NCBI GenBank assembly: GCA_964619065.1
Contig: CAZUCC010000013.1
Span: forward strand, 12,945-76,944
Source of the DNA: an uncultured Acidobacteriaceae bacterium
GTDB lineage: Bacteria > Acidobacteriota > Terriglobia > Terriglobales > Acidobacteriaceae
Length of the DNA: 64,000 nt
Direction of reading: 5' to 3'
A program made the translations under genes and the position numbers. The notes beneath the pieces are model-generated. The model saw nothing but the letters and a program-made list of their open reading frames with translations. It did no database searches and was not told the DNA's origin. The stretch's first letter is position 1. Each line of letters opens with the position of its first letter. This document shows, piece by piece, positions 1-8,829 of this stretch.

Positions 1-150
1 CTTCACGTTCCAGTGGGCTTGTTTGGATTGCGTTTTCAGGTCGATGGCATCCGCCAAACGGGCGTTGAGCAAGTCGATGAGCTGCAGCCGCGATTTCTCG
101 GAAAGGCTGACACTGGTGGAAAAGAGCTTGGGCTGAGTCGCTGTTGGCAT
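1..150 (-). CDS. dps: Dps-family DNA-protection (ferritin-like) protein; only the N-terminal 50 codons are present because the gene runs off the left edge
   Basis: My reverse-strand translation from the ATG (cat at 148-150) gives MPTATQPKLFSTSVSLSEKSRLQLIDLLNARLADAIDLKTQSKQAHWNVK. The LL.....A.DL..Q.KQAHWNVK pattern is the Dps helix-A signature. A GGAG lies about 9 nt upstream. Confidence 0.7.
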   Translation of the reverse strand, partial: MPTATQPKLFSTSVSLSEKSRLQLIDLLNARLADAIDLKTQSKQAHWNVK

Positions 151-225
151 GGATAAAATCTCCTCGCTAGTTTGGATTCGCTGCGGACTCCGAAGGATAC
201 AACAATGATTCCTGTGACGGAAATG

Positions 226-2343
226 CTACAGCAGACCGCGTAAAATTTCGGGGTCTGAGGTGGGCGGCTGACAGCTAAATCCGCTGCACACCAATGCTAC
301 GGCCTGTCCCGCGCCAATGCCGGGAAGGTTCGGTATCGTTTCCGCCAAGGCTGGCGGGAGTGTCTTGGAAGTAATATCCGCCGCACTCAAACGCACGACC
401 GAGCGGTTGATGGCATAGCCAGTGATGGCTGCCTGGTGTAACTGTTCCGCCAGCTCTCCATCGCCTGCGACTACGACTTGGGTCTCCGGGTATGCCAGAT
501 GCACAGCAGCCAGTCCATAGGTTCCGGCAAAAATTCCGTATCGGCCCGCAACCCCAGTTAGCAGTTCCAGAGTTTGCTCCGCTCTCTCGCGATAGCTGGT
601 TTCGTGAGTGTACGAGTGCAATCGGCAAAGCACGATGGCAGCGGCGGGATTTCCCGCGGGTGTGGGCGAATCCTGAAACGGTTTACGGCGGGTGCCGAGC
701 ACTCCGAGTGTAGCGCCGGTAGAATGCACTGATGCTTCGCGATCAAAAAATCCGCCACCCACCGGATCAAAGAATTTCGCAATCATGGCGTCGCCCATGG
801 CGCGCGCTGAAGTGAAGTAACGCAACTGCCCAGTGGCTTCATACGCATCGAGGCATGCGCCAGCGACGAAGGCGTAGTCCTCCAGCATACCGGCAACTTC
901 ACGGTGTTCAGCCTTGGGATCGGAGTACGCGATCACATGCAACAAGCTGCCATCCGGTCGCCCAGCTGCGGCAAGAACGCGGTCCAGGGAACGGAGCGCG
1001 AATTCCCGGGTAGAGGCCAGATGCAACACTTTAGCCGCCTCAAAATAAGCGGAGATGCACAGCCCGTTCCAACCCGCGTAGACTGTTTTATCCACGTAAG
1101 GAGTCCGGCGCTGGAGCCGTGCCGCGTACATCTTCTTTTTTGAGGAAGCCAACAACTCCGTGATCCTTGCAATCTCCAGATTCAGGCGCTGCGAAAGTTC
1201 CTCCCTGGAAGCGCGTTCGTAAAGCACATTCTTCGCGGGATTGTGGTGCATCTCGCCGATTTCGTTGATGTCGTAATGGAGGCAGGCCACTTCGGCTTCC
1301 AGCGGATCAAGAACTGCGCGAGCCTCCTCGCGAGTCCAGGTAAAGTAGTCGCCGTCGTCCTCCATGGAATCGTCGGCATCCTGCGAGGCGTAGAAGCCTC
1401 CGCGTTCGCGATCGCTCAGCCATTCGTCCATCCAACGGAGAATGTCTCTTGCGACGTCGCTGAAGAATGAATTTCCGGTTGCTTGAAAAGCATGCACATA
1501 ATTCTTCAGTAGTTCCGAATTGTCATACGCCATTTTTTCGAAATGCGGAACAACCCAGCGTTCGTCGGTCGAATAACGATGAAATCCACCCGCGAGCTGG
1601 TCATACATGCCGCCTCGCACCATGCGATCCAGCGTGTGCAGGTAGAGTTCTTTGGCGCGTTCGTCGTGGTGGCGTGTGGCATGGTCAATGAGCAGGTCGA
1701 GCGCTGCCGGATGTGGAAACTTGGGTGAGTGGCCAAAGCCGCCATTGCGCGGGTCATAGGCTTCGAGCGCGGCTTCGACAATGGCAGCAATCACCGCCGG
1801 CGAAAAACCGGTGTCGTGGCCACCCAATGACTCCGCTTGCGAAATTGCACTGACCACTTTTTCCGCTTGTTCAAGAGCCTCGTCCCGCTTTTCCCGGTAG
1901 GCGCTTGCGATCGACAGCAACACCCGCCGGAAGCCGGGGCGTCCATGTTGATCGAGGGGAGGGAAGTAGGTGCCGCCATAGAATGGTTTGCCGTCGGATG
2001 TGAGAAATCCTGTGAGCGGCCACCCGCCTTGTCCGCTGACCGCGCTGATCGCGGCCTGGTAGCGGCTGTCGATGTCGGGCCGCTCGTCGCGGTCCACCTT
2101 CACAGCAACAAAGTTGTCGTTGATGATCTTCGCAATTTCCGGATCGTCATAGGATTCACGATCCATGACGTGGCACCAGTGGCACCACACGGCACCGATG
2201 TCGAGCAGGATCGGCTTGTCGTCACGCCGGGCCGCGTCGAACGCGTCCTCGCCCCATTCCATCCACTTCACGGGCTGGTGCATGGCGCTCCGCAAGTAGG
2301 CGGAAGAAGCCTTGGCTAGCGCATTGGGGGATTCCGTGCTCAT
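226..2343 (-). CDS. Thioredoxin-domain protein of the DUF255/YyaL (SPATA20-like) family, with a C-terminal six-hairpin glycosidase-like domain
   Basis: The 713-aa ORF contains KPILLDIGAVWCHWCHVMDRESYDDPEIAKIINDNFVAVKVDRDERPDID, the family signature. I place the start at the ATG at 2343 (MSTESPN), preceded by AGGAGA, rather than at the TTG at 2367. Confidence 0.9.
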   Translation of the reverse strand: MSTESPNALAKASSAYLRSAMHQPVKWMEWGEDAFDAARRDDKPILLDIGAVWCHWCHVMDRESYDDPEIAKIINDNFVAVKVDRDERPDIDSRYQAAISAVSGQGGWPLTGFLTSDGKPFYGGTYFPPLDQHGRPGFRRVLLSIASAYREKRDEALEQAEKVVSAISQAESLGGHDTGFSPAVIAAIVEAALEAYDPRNGGFGHSPKFPHPAALDLLIDHATRHHDERAKELYLHTLDRMVRGGMYDQLAGGFHRYSTDERWVVPHFEKMAYDNSELLKNYVHAFQATGNSFFSDVARDILRWMDEWLSDRERGGFYASQDADDSMEDDGDYFTWTREEARAVLDPLEAEVACLHYDINEIGEMHHNPAKNVLYERASREELSQRLNLEIARITELLASSKKKMYAARLQRRTPYVDKTVYAGWNGLCISAYFEAAKVLHLASTREFALRSLDRVLAAAGRPDGSLLHVIAYSDPKAEHREVAGMLEDYAFVAGACLDAYEATGQLRYFTSARAMGDAMIAKFFDPVGGGFFDREASVHSTGATLGVLGTRRKPFQDSPTPAGNPAAAIVLCRLHSYTHETSYRERAEQTLELLTGVAGRYGIFAGTYGLAAVHLAYPETQVVVAGDGELAEQLHQAAITGYAINRSVVRLSAADITSKTLPPALAETIPNLPGIGAGQAVALVCSGFSCQPPTSDPEILRGLL

Positions 2344-2383
2344 GCATCTCCTGATTGGATTCGTCAAACGTTTTCAATATGGA

Positions 2384-3394
2384 TCACTGCGCCAACAGTT
2401 TCTTCGCGATTCTGGCGTACAAGTCCACGGCTTCGAACAGTTGCCTCTTTTCAATGTATTCGCCGGGGGTGTGCGCCACGTGAATGGATCCCGGCCCGAT
2501 CAGCAGCGGTTCTCCCCAGTTACCGAGCCTCGGAATGTCGGTGGTGAACGCCGCGACCATAGTGGGCAAGCCATCTACACTGCGAAATTTCTGATAGGGA
2601 ATCTCCAGCACGAACTCAGCGCGTGCCAGACCGTTCACGGCTTCCAGAATGCCTTGCCGCATCTCTTCAGACGGCCCCACCAGACGGTAGAGCAGCTGCG
2701 CGCGTGCGGCATCCGGGATCACGTTCGGAGCACGCCCCCCTTCGATCAGCCCGATGTTCAACGTCGCGGGTCCAACCTCCGGATTCTCAGGCAATTTCAT
2801 GGCTCGCAGCCGCTCCAGCGCGGTCAGCAATTTGTCGATCGCCGACTCGCCCAGTTCCGGATATGCCGAGTGCGCCATTTTTCCTTCGGCGACCAACTCC
2901 ACGCGCAACGCGCCTTTGGAGGCGGTAGCGATGTGATTTTCCGTAGGCTCGCCATTCACCAGGAATCTCGACCCGGGCGATTGCTCGTTGGCGACCTTGG
3001 CTCCCAGGCTGTCGCGTTCTTCGCCCACCACAAACAGCAATCCCGCGTAGATGCCTTCGGCGCGGAGCTTTTCCGCGGCCGCTATTTTAGCGGCAATAAT
3101 TCCCTTGGCGTCGCAAGAACCTCGCCCGTAAATGCGGTCTGCATCTTCCGAAGATGGAATGAAAGGCGGCACAGTGTCCATATGTGTGGAAAAGACAACG
3201 GTGGGATGCGCTTGCTCGGGAAGCGTGGCGTAGACATTCGCGCGCTCGCCTTCTACGGGAACTTTGCGCGATTGATATCCGAGGCGGCACAGTTCGTGAT
3301 GCAGGAAGTCGCCCACCCGACCTTCGTTGCCGGTAATCGATTCGATATCCACCAGCTGCCGCGTGAGAGTGCAAACGTCTTTAGTGTCCAACAT
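2384..3394 (-). CDS. M20-family metallopeptidase (ArgE/DapE/acetylornithine deacetylase-like)
   Basis: Motifs seen: LVDIESITGNEG, STHMDTVPP, YGRGSCDAKG and GEERDS. The ORF extends to 3676, but its first 94 codons are low-complexity and overlap the divergent gene. The ATG at 3394 (MLDTKDV) gives a typical 337-aa protein. Confidence 0.85.
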   Translation of the reverse strand: MLDTKDVCTLTRQLVDIESITGNEGRVGDFLHHELCRLGYQSRKVPVEGERANVYATLPEQAHPTVVFSTHMDTVPPFIPSSEDADRIYGRGSCDAKGIIAAKIAAAEKLRAEGIYAGLLFVVGEERDSLGAKVANEQSPGSRFLVNGEPTENHIATASKGALRVELVAEGKMAHSAYPELGESAIDKLLTALERLRAMKLPENPEVGPATLNIGLIEGGRAPNVIPDAARAQLLYRLVGPSEEMRQGILEAVNGLARAEFVLEIPYQKFRSVDGLPTMVAAFTTDIPRLGNWGEPLLIGPGSIHVAHTPGEYIEKRQLFEAVDLYARIAKKLLAQ

Positions 3395-3452
3395 GGCTGT
3401 CCAATGACTTCCAGAATAGCGCACGCGGCGCGGTTCGTGAGAGACTTCGATC

Positions 3453-4112
3453 GTGACCGCCACCGATTTGCAGATCAAGTCGCTGTTTCTGGATGGACCT
3501 GCCGGACGCCTCGAAGCCCTGCTTAATGTGGGCAGCGCGAGTCCCACGCATGCCGCCGTGGTGTGCCATCCGCATCCGATGTTTGGCGGAACGCTGCACA
3601 ACAAAGTCGTCTTCCACGCTGCGAAAGCGTTACATGGCTTCGGATTTCCTGTGCTCCGCTTCAATTTTCGTGGCACGGGATTGAGTCAGGGAGAGCATAA
3701 CAACGGCCAAGGGGAAGTTGATGATGTCCGCACCGCTCTCGACTGGCTGGCACGCGAGTTTTCGGTGCCGCTGGTGTTGGCAGGATTTTCTTTCGGAGCC
3801 GCAGTCGGATTGCGCGCGGCCTCAACCGACCCGCGCGTCGACGGGCTGATTGGTCTTGGCATGCCGGTTGCGCCCGTGGACAATCGCGTCTACGACCTTG
3901 ATTTCCTGCAAACCTGCACTAAGCCCAAGCTGTTCTGTAGCGGAGATCGCGACCAGTACGGTCCACGTGCGAAATTAGAAGCGCTTGTCGCGAGCCTGCC
4001 CGAACCGCGCCAATTGACGTTCATCTTAGGCGCCGATCACTTCTTCGAGGGCCGCCTGTCCGAGATGCGGGCGGTGATTGAGGAATGGGTTCGCACGCAG
4101 ATACTGAGGTGA
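3453..4112 (+). CDS. Alpha/beta hydrolase (COG2945-like)
   Basis: GTG start. Contains HPHPMFGGTLHNKVV and a GFSFGA nucleophile elbow; 219 aa. Confidence 0.8.
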   Translation: MTATDLQIKSLFLDGPAGRLEALLNVGSASPTHAAVVCHPHPMFGGTLHNKVVFHAAKALHGFGFPVLRFNFRGTGLSQGEHNNGQGEVDDVRTALDWLAREFSVPLVLAGFSFGAAVGLRAASTDPRVDGLIGLGMPVAPVDNRVYDLDFLQTCTKPKLFCSGDRDQYGPRAKLEALVASLPEPRQLTFILGADHFFEGRLSEMRAVIEEWVRTQILR

Positions 4113-4125
4113 AGTCAAGGCTGTA

Positions 4126-4153
4126 GGGGTCCTTCGCTCCGCTCAGGATGACA
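4126..4153. repeat. Single arm of the GTCATCCTGAGCG(C/G)AGCGAAGGACCCC palindromic repeat family
   Basis: ggggtccttcgctccgctcaggatgacaa matches the arms at 21276-21354 and 48983-49133. Confidence 0.8.
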
Positions 4154-4173
4154 ATCTTTTGGGGGATCGACCG

Positions 4174-4179
4174 TATAAT
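4174..4179 (+). promoter_or_regulatory. Putative -10 box (TATAAT) 8 nt upstream of the glycerate kinase ATG, implying a leaderless or near-leaderless mRNA
   Basis: ccgTATAATcgcgcacgATG. There is no Shine-Dalgarno between the box and the ATG at 4188, and no good -35 box. Confidence 0.35.
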
Positions 4180-4187
4180 CGCGCACG

Positions 4188-5534
4188 ATGTCCACCTCCG
4201 GCCCCAGCGCAAGCCACAACAGCTTAAAAGACCTGGCCCGCCAGATTTTCTCGCGTGCCCTGGCCGAAGCCAGTATTCCTCGTGCCTTCGACCGCCACGT
4301 CGATCTCACGCGCGGCGTGCTTCGCATGGGTGAAGATCTTTTCGATCTCGACGCGTACAGCCGCCGCTTCGTTGTCTCCATCGGCAAGGCGGCGAACACG
4401 ATGGTGGAGGCGTTATCCGCGAAGGCGGGAGGGTTATTTGAGGGAATCGTGGCGAGTTCCGTTGCGTCCGAGCAGCAGATACGCGGTTATCGTTACTTTC
4501 TTGGTGGCCATCCTACTCCGAATGCTGATTCCGTACTCGCTGCCGAAGCCGTTCTTCGCGCATTGCACACGTTGGACCGGAATTCGCTGGTTCTGTTCAT
4601 GATCAGCGGTGGTGGCTCCTCCATTCTGGAAAAGCCTATTGACGATGAAATCTCGCTAAACGATCTCATTGCGACCTACAAAGCGCTGGTGCTGTGTGGG
4701 GCGCCGATTGCGGAGATCAACGCGATCCGCAAACATCTTTCCGCGGTCAAGGGGGGACGCCTTGCGCTGGCTGCCAACGGCGCGCAGCAGGTTTCGCTGC
4801 TGATTTCCGATGTGCCGGACTCGATGCCCGACGCGCTGGCTTCGGGCCCAACCATGCCCGATTCGACCAGCGTGGAGGATTGCCGAAGGATTGTCGAGAA
4901 GCATGCGCTCCTTCCGCAGTTTCCGTCCTCTGTGCGGGAGCTCTTCGAACGGGATGCGTTGGAGGAAACGCCAAAGTCGGATGATCCCGTCTTCGCGCGC
5001 TCGCGCTGGTGGACGATCCTGTCGAATAAGTTCGCAGTGGATGCCGCCGCCGCGGAAGCTGCCCGCCTCGGCTTCGCAGTGGAAATCGACAACTCCTGCG
5101 ACGACTGGGACTACGACCGTGCCGCCGAATACCTCGTAGGCCGTCTGCGCGAGTTGCGCCAGAACAAACCAAGTCAGACCAAGGCGCGTGTGTGTTTGAT
5201 CTCGGGTGGGGAAGTCACGGTGAAGGTTACTGGTGAGAGCGGTGTTGGTGGTCGCAACCAGCAGTTCGCGCTGGCGTGCGCGGGCAGGATTGCGGGCGAG
5301 AACATCGCCGTGCTGAGCGGCGGTACGGACGGTATCGACGGCAACAGTCCTGCAGCGGGTGCGGTTGTCGATGGGACAACTGCATCTCGCGCTGCAGCAG
5401 CGGACCTCGACGTCGCTCGAAGTTTATCCAGTTTTAACGCGTATCCGCTGTTCCAGACTTTGGGGGACGTTGTGATCACGGGGCCAACAGGAAACAACGT
5501 GCGAGATCTTAGAATTTTGCTGATTGCGCACTAA
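4188..5534 (+). CDS. Glycerate 2-kinase / hydroxypyruvate reductase-like protein (DUF4147 + MOFRL, TtuD family)
   Basis: 448 aa. Family motifs seen: GKAANTM, ISGGGSS, LISGGEVTV, GGRNQ and LSGGTDGIDG. Confidence 0.88.
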   Translation: MSTSGPSASHNSLKDLARQIFSRALAEASIPRAFDRHVDLTRGVLRMGEDLFDLDAYSRRFVVSIGKAANTMVEALSAKAGGLFEGIVASSVASEQQIRGYRYFLGGHPTPNADSVLAAEAVLRALHTLDRNSLVLFMISGGGSSILEKPIDDEISLNDLIATYKALVLCGAPIAEINAIRKHLSAVKGGRLALAANGAQQVSLLISDVPDSMPDALASGPTMPDSTSVEDCRRIVEKHALLPQFPSSVRELFERDALEETPKSDDPVFARSRWWTILSNKFAVDAAAAEAARLGFAVEIDNSCDDWDYDRAAEYLVGRLRELRQNKPSQTKARVCLISGGEVTVKVTGESGVGGRNQQFALACAGRIAGENIAVLSGGTDGIDGNSPAAGAVVDGTTASRAAAADLDVARSLSSFNAYPLFQTLGDVVITGPTGNNVRDLRILLIAH

Positions 5535-5580
5535 TTTCGTAGCGGCAATTGCCGGAATCCTTCGCGATCGCCGACAACTT

Positions 5581-6507
5581 CTAGAAAAACCTCGTCACGC
5601 CCTCATCCATCACAACCACTTTCTCGCTGACTCCCGCGCTGGCCGCTTCCTGTTCCAATAACTGCAGAGGCTCGTCGATGGGTTCATGCGAGAGACGGAA
5701 CGAGCCGTAGTGCATGGGAACCATCCAGCTCGCACCTAGATCGACGAACGCTTTGGTTGCGTCTTCGGGACTGGTGTGCACATTGCGGAAACCTTCCGGA
5801 GAGTAAGCGCCAATCGGCAGCAGAGCCACGTCGGGCGACAGGCGCTGGCCAATTTCGCGGAAGCCTGCGAAGTACGCGGTATCTCCGGCATGGTAGAGCG
5901 AATTCTTTCCCGCGCGGAGAACATAGCCGCCGTATCCACGGTGCGCGTCACTGAGAATGCGCGCGCCCCAGTGCCGGGACGGGACATGTGTGACTTCCAG
6001 ATTCCCCAGAGTGTAGTTGGCCCACCAGTCGAGTTCCACAAGGCGCGAATAGCCCAGGTCGGAGACCAAATCGCGCACGTGCTTCGGCGTGACCATGACC
6101 GGCGTTTTTCCACAAAGTTGTCGCGTCCGGCGCGCGATCGCCCGCAGTGACGGACGGTGCAGGTGGTCGAAATGGGCGTGGGTCACGAGCACCAGGTCAA
6201 TCGGCGGCAAATCCACAATACGGAGTCCGGGCTGCCGCAGGCGCTTCAGCACAAACAGCCAGCGCGCAAAATTGGGATCGATCAGAACATTCAGCCCGCC
6301 GATTTGCACAAAGAAGCTGGCATGGCCGATGAAGGTCAAGCCCAGCTCTCCATTCTTAACGAGTTTGGGCTTGCGCGTTTGCCCGGAGCGTGGAGTTACG
6401 GCCGAGTGCCGCACCAGGCGCCCGAAGGCCTGTGCGCGTTGCCGCAGCGAGGGATGGGAAACCGGAGAACGCAGCATCATCAATAATTCGGCGGCAAATC
6501 CGGACAA
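5581..6507 (-). CDS. MBL-fold metallo-hydrolase (NAPE-PLD-like)
   Basis: Contains the HAHFDHL zinc motif, plus LTFIGHASF and HYGSF. Confidence 0.85.
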   Translation of the reverse strand: MSGFAAELLMMLRSPVSHPSLRQRAQAFGRLVRHSAVTPRSGQTRKPKLVKNGELGLTFIGHASFFVQIGGLNVLIDPNFARWLFVLKRLRQPGLRIVDLPPIDLVLVTHAHFDHLHRPSLRAIARRTRQLCGKTPVMVTPKHVRDLVSDLGYSRLVELDWWANYTLGNLEVTHVPSRHWGARILSDAHRGYGGYVLRAGKNSLYHAGDTAYFAGFREIGQRLSPDVALLPIGAYSPEGFRNVHTSPEDATKAFVDLGASWMVPMHYGSFRLSHEPIDEPLQLLEQEAASAGVSEKVVVMDEGVTRFF

Positions 6508-6647
6508 CCGCCGACACTTTTAGTTTATCCACCTAGTCTACAGGAGTGTTTCCGCGTTGACAGGCCGGAGTGCCTCATTTCTAATCCCCGCAGGTGTTAC
6601 ACCCGCGGTAGTTGCGTTTTGCGGTCACGTTTGAAGGAGAGATGTGA

Positions 6648-7532
6648 ATGAAGGTTGCGTTCTTGGGGTTGGGAATCATGGGCCGGTCAATGGCAACAAG
6701 TCTGGCGAAAGCGGGGCACGAAGTTACGGTTTGGAATCGCTCCCCAGGCAAGCCCGTGGAAGGCGCGCAGGTAGCCGGTACACCGGAAGAGGCTGCGCGT
6801 GGCGCTGAGGTGGTTTGGCTTTGCGTATCCGATACGGCTGCCGTCGAGCAAGTGATGTTCGGCTTGCGCGGGGCGTTCAATTCGCTGGCAGAGGGGGCCA
6901 TCGTAGCGGATTCCAGTACCATCTCGCCCTCGGCCACGCTGCGTTTTGCCGAGCGTGTGCGTACTCGCGGCGCGGATTGGGTGGACGCTCCCATGACGGG
7001 GTCGAAGATCGCCGCGGAAAACGCGACGCTTATTTTCATCGTCGGGGGCAGTGATGAGTCCATCGCAAAACTTCAGCCACTGCTCGCCGCCATGGGTAAG
7101 CAATTTTTCCGTATGGGGGAAACCGGTAAGGGGCAGGCAACCAAACTGGTGATGAATCTGCAAATTGCAATGATCTACGAAGGCTTTGCCGAGGCGGTCA
7201 CTCTGGGCGCCAAACTCGGCGTCAGCCTGGACTCGCTGTTGCCGCTCATTCAGGCGTCGATGGTGCGTTCCGGCGTCATCGAGTACAAGGCGCAGTTCGT
7301 CCGCAATCGCGACTTCACGCCAAACTTTCCGCTACGCCTCATGCTGAAGGACATACGCTTGATCCTGGAAGCAGCTAAAGAATCGCGCGTAAAACTGCCC
7401 GGCCTTAAAACCGTGGAAGAAGTCTATGATCTCGCGAGTGAAGAGGGGAACGGCGATCTGGACTACGCCGCGACGCTTCTGCTTTTGGAAAAATGGGCGG
7501 GAGTCGAAGTCAAAGGGGCAAGCGCAGACTAG
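6648..7532 (+). CDS. NAD(P)-dependent beta-hydroxyacid dehydrogenase (3-hydroxyisobutyrate / 2-hydroxy-3-oxopropionate reductase family)
   Basis: N-terminal MKVAFLGLGIMG Rossmann motif, then DAPMTGS and the KDIRL catalytic-Lys region. Confidence 0.88.
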   Translation: MKVAFLGLGIMGRSMATSLAKAGHEVTVWNRSPGKPVEGAQVAGTPEEAARGAEVVWLCVSDTAAVEQVMFGLRGAFNSLAEGAIVADSSTISPSATLRFAERVRTRGADWVDAPMTGSKIAAENATLIFIVGGSDESIAKLQPLLAAMGKQFFRMGETGKGQATKLVMNLQIAMIYEGFAEAVTLGAKLGVSLDSLLPLIQASMVRSGVIEYKAQFVRNRDFTPNFPLRLMLKDIRLILEAAKESRVKLPGLKTVEEVYDLASEEGNGDLDYAATLLLLEKWAGVEVKGASAD

Positions 7533-8176
7533 CTTTTCGACGCTCGGGTTTCGTGAGCCAGTTCGCGGAGCTTCTCAAACACCTGCAGGATCGTGGAATA
7601 ATCCGTGAGGGCATCCACCGGCAACGTCGCCGTCAAATGCGGTGACTGCGGCTTAAGCGCCACATCTGTGAATTCGCTCTGGCGGGCTACAAGCAGAGCA
7701 CTCAACACCGGGTTGTGCTCGGCATCCCATTCTTCGCAAGTGGTCAGCACCATCGGCCCGGAACGATGAATCACCCAGGGCTGATTCTTGCCTACCGTCC
7801 GCCGCGCAAGATGCCCGCTCCAGCGGTGGTTGTGTACTTTGAGAGAAAAGCTGGGCGCGCGGTCCAGATCCGCTTCAATGGTGATGGTTTCCATCTGGGC
7901 TTCCCAATGCCTCAGCAGCCATTGCACGGGAAGCGCCCGCGGCAAGAGCCGCACTGTGACGTGCGCGCTGCCAAAGAGTGTAGAGGGAAGCTGCATCCCG
8001 ACATGCAGCCGGGACGTGCCACTCCAGCGTCGACTTAGGATGCGGCCACGCCATGCCAAGCGCAGCCGGTCGACTACCTGCACGGCGCGCTTCTGGTTGT
8101 AGCGAGAAAACAAGTAATACCAGGCGAGCGTCGAGCCGGCGGAGACTGCCGCGCAGATGATGAAGATGCGAACCAC
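7529..8176 (-). CDS. Hypothetical protein with one N-terminal transmembrane helix
   Basis: The ORF spans 7529-8269. I recognise no family. A start at 8269 would leave only 16 nt to the divergent GNAT gene, so I prefer the GTG at 8176 (VVRIFIICAAVSAGSTLAWYYLF). The start is uncertain. Confidence 0.4.
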   Translation of the reverse strand: MVRIFIICAAVSAGSTLAWYYLFSRYNQKRAVQVVDRLRLAWRGRILSRRWSGTSRLHVGMQLPSTLFGSAHVTVRLLPRALPVQWLLRHWEAQMETITIEADLDRAPSFSLKVHNHRWSGHLARRTVGKNQPWVIHRSGPMVLTTCEEWDAEHNPVLSALLVARQSEFTDVALKPQSPHLTATLPVDALTDYSTILQVFEKLRELAHETRASKS

Positions 8177-8285
8177 ATCGACCTCAATACAAAGTATACG
8201 CGGAGTCTGGTTTCGCGTGCCTGTGGATTCTTCGTCCTTTGGACGTAAATCGTGCCCAATTGTCAGCACCGGAACCTGTGCCGCG

Positions 8286-8819
8286 ATGATCGTAAGCTGG
8301 GCGCGCTACAATCATCGGGTGGAATACTCCCTCCGCGACGGTCGTCCGCTCGATCTCGATACTCTCTGGCGTATTGATCAGGCCTGTTTCCCTCCGGGTA
8401 TCTCCTACTCCCGGTTGGAGTTAGCGGTCTATATGCGCAGGCCCGGGTCGTTTACCCTGGTCGCCGAGCAGCCCCGTCCCAGGACGAAATCCTTTGGTGA
8501 CCAGCCCGGAACGATCCTCGGGTTTTTGGTCATGCAGACGGAAAATAACAAAACTGGCCACATTGTTACGATCGACGTCGTTGGTAACGCGCGCCGCGCC
8601 GGAGTTGGGTCGCGACTTATCTCAGCCGCCGAGGAGCGATTGCGGGGCGTCCAGTTTGAATCCATCTACCTGGAGACCATGGTCACGAACCAGCCCGCCA
8701 TCGAATTTTATAAGCGGCACGGCTATGCCCTGCGTCGCACTGAGGCGGGCTACTATCCGAATGGAACTGACGCCTTCGTGTTTGCGAAAGATTTGCTTTC
8801 CCCGCCTCCGGCCCAGTAA
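8286..8819 (+). CDS. GNAT-family N-acetyltransferase
   Basis: Acetyl-CoA motif A (IDVVGNARRAGVGSRL) and EFYKRHGY. ATG at 8286. The upstream part of the ORF overlaps the divergent gene. Confidence 0.82.
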   Translation: MIVSWARYNHRVEYSLRDGRPLDLDTLWRIDQACFPPGISYSRLELAVYMRRPGSFTLVAEQPRPRTKSFGDQPGTILGFLVMQTENNKTGHIVTIDVVGNARRAGVGSRLISAAEERLRGVQFESIYLETMVTNQPAIEFYKRHGYALRRTEAGYYPNGTDAFVFAKDLLSPPPAQ

Positions 8820-8829
8820 CTTGTCGAAC

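Noticed and set aside
2312-3526. 404-aa ORF on the + strand
   Set aside because: It is antisense to the well-supported M20 peptidase gene, Arg/Gly/Ser-rich with no family signature. This is a typical shadow ORF of a high-GC genome.
7529-7532. Convergent genes sharing the palindrome CTAG as overlapping stop codons
   Set aside because: This is a trivial consequence of TAG being half of a palindrome and has no functional implication.
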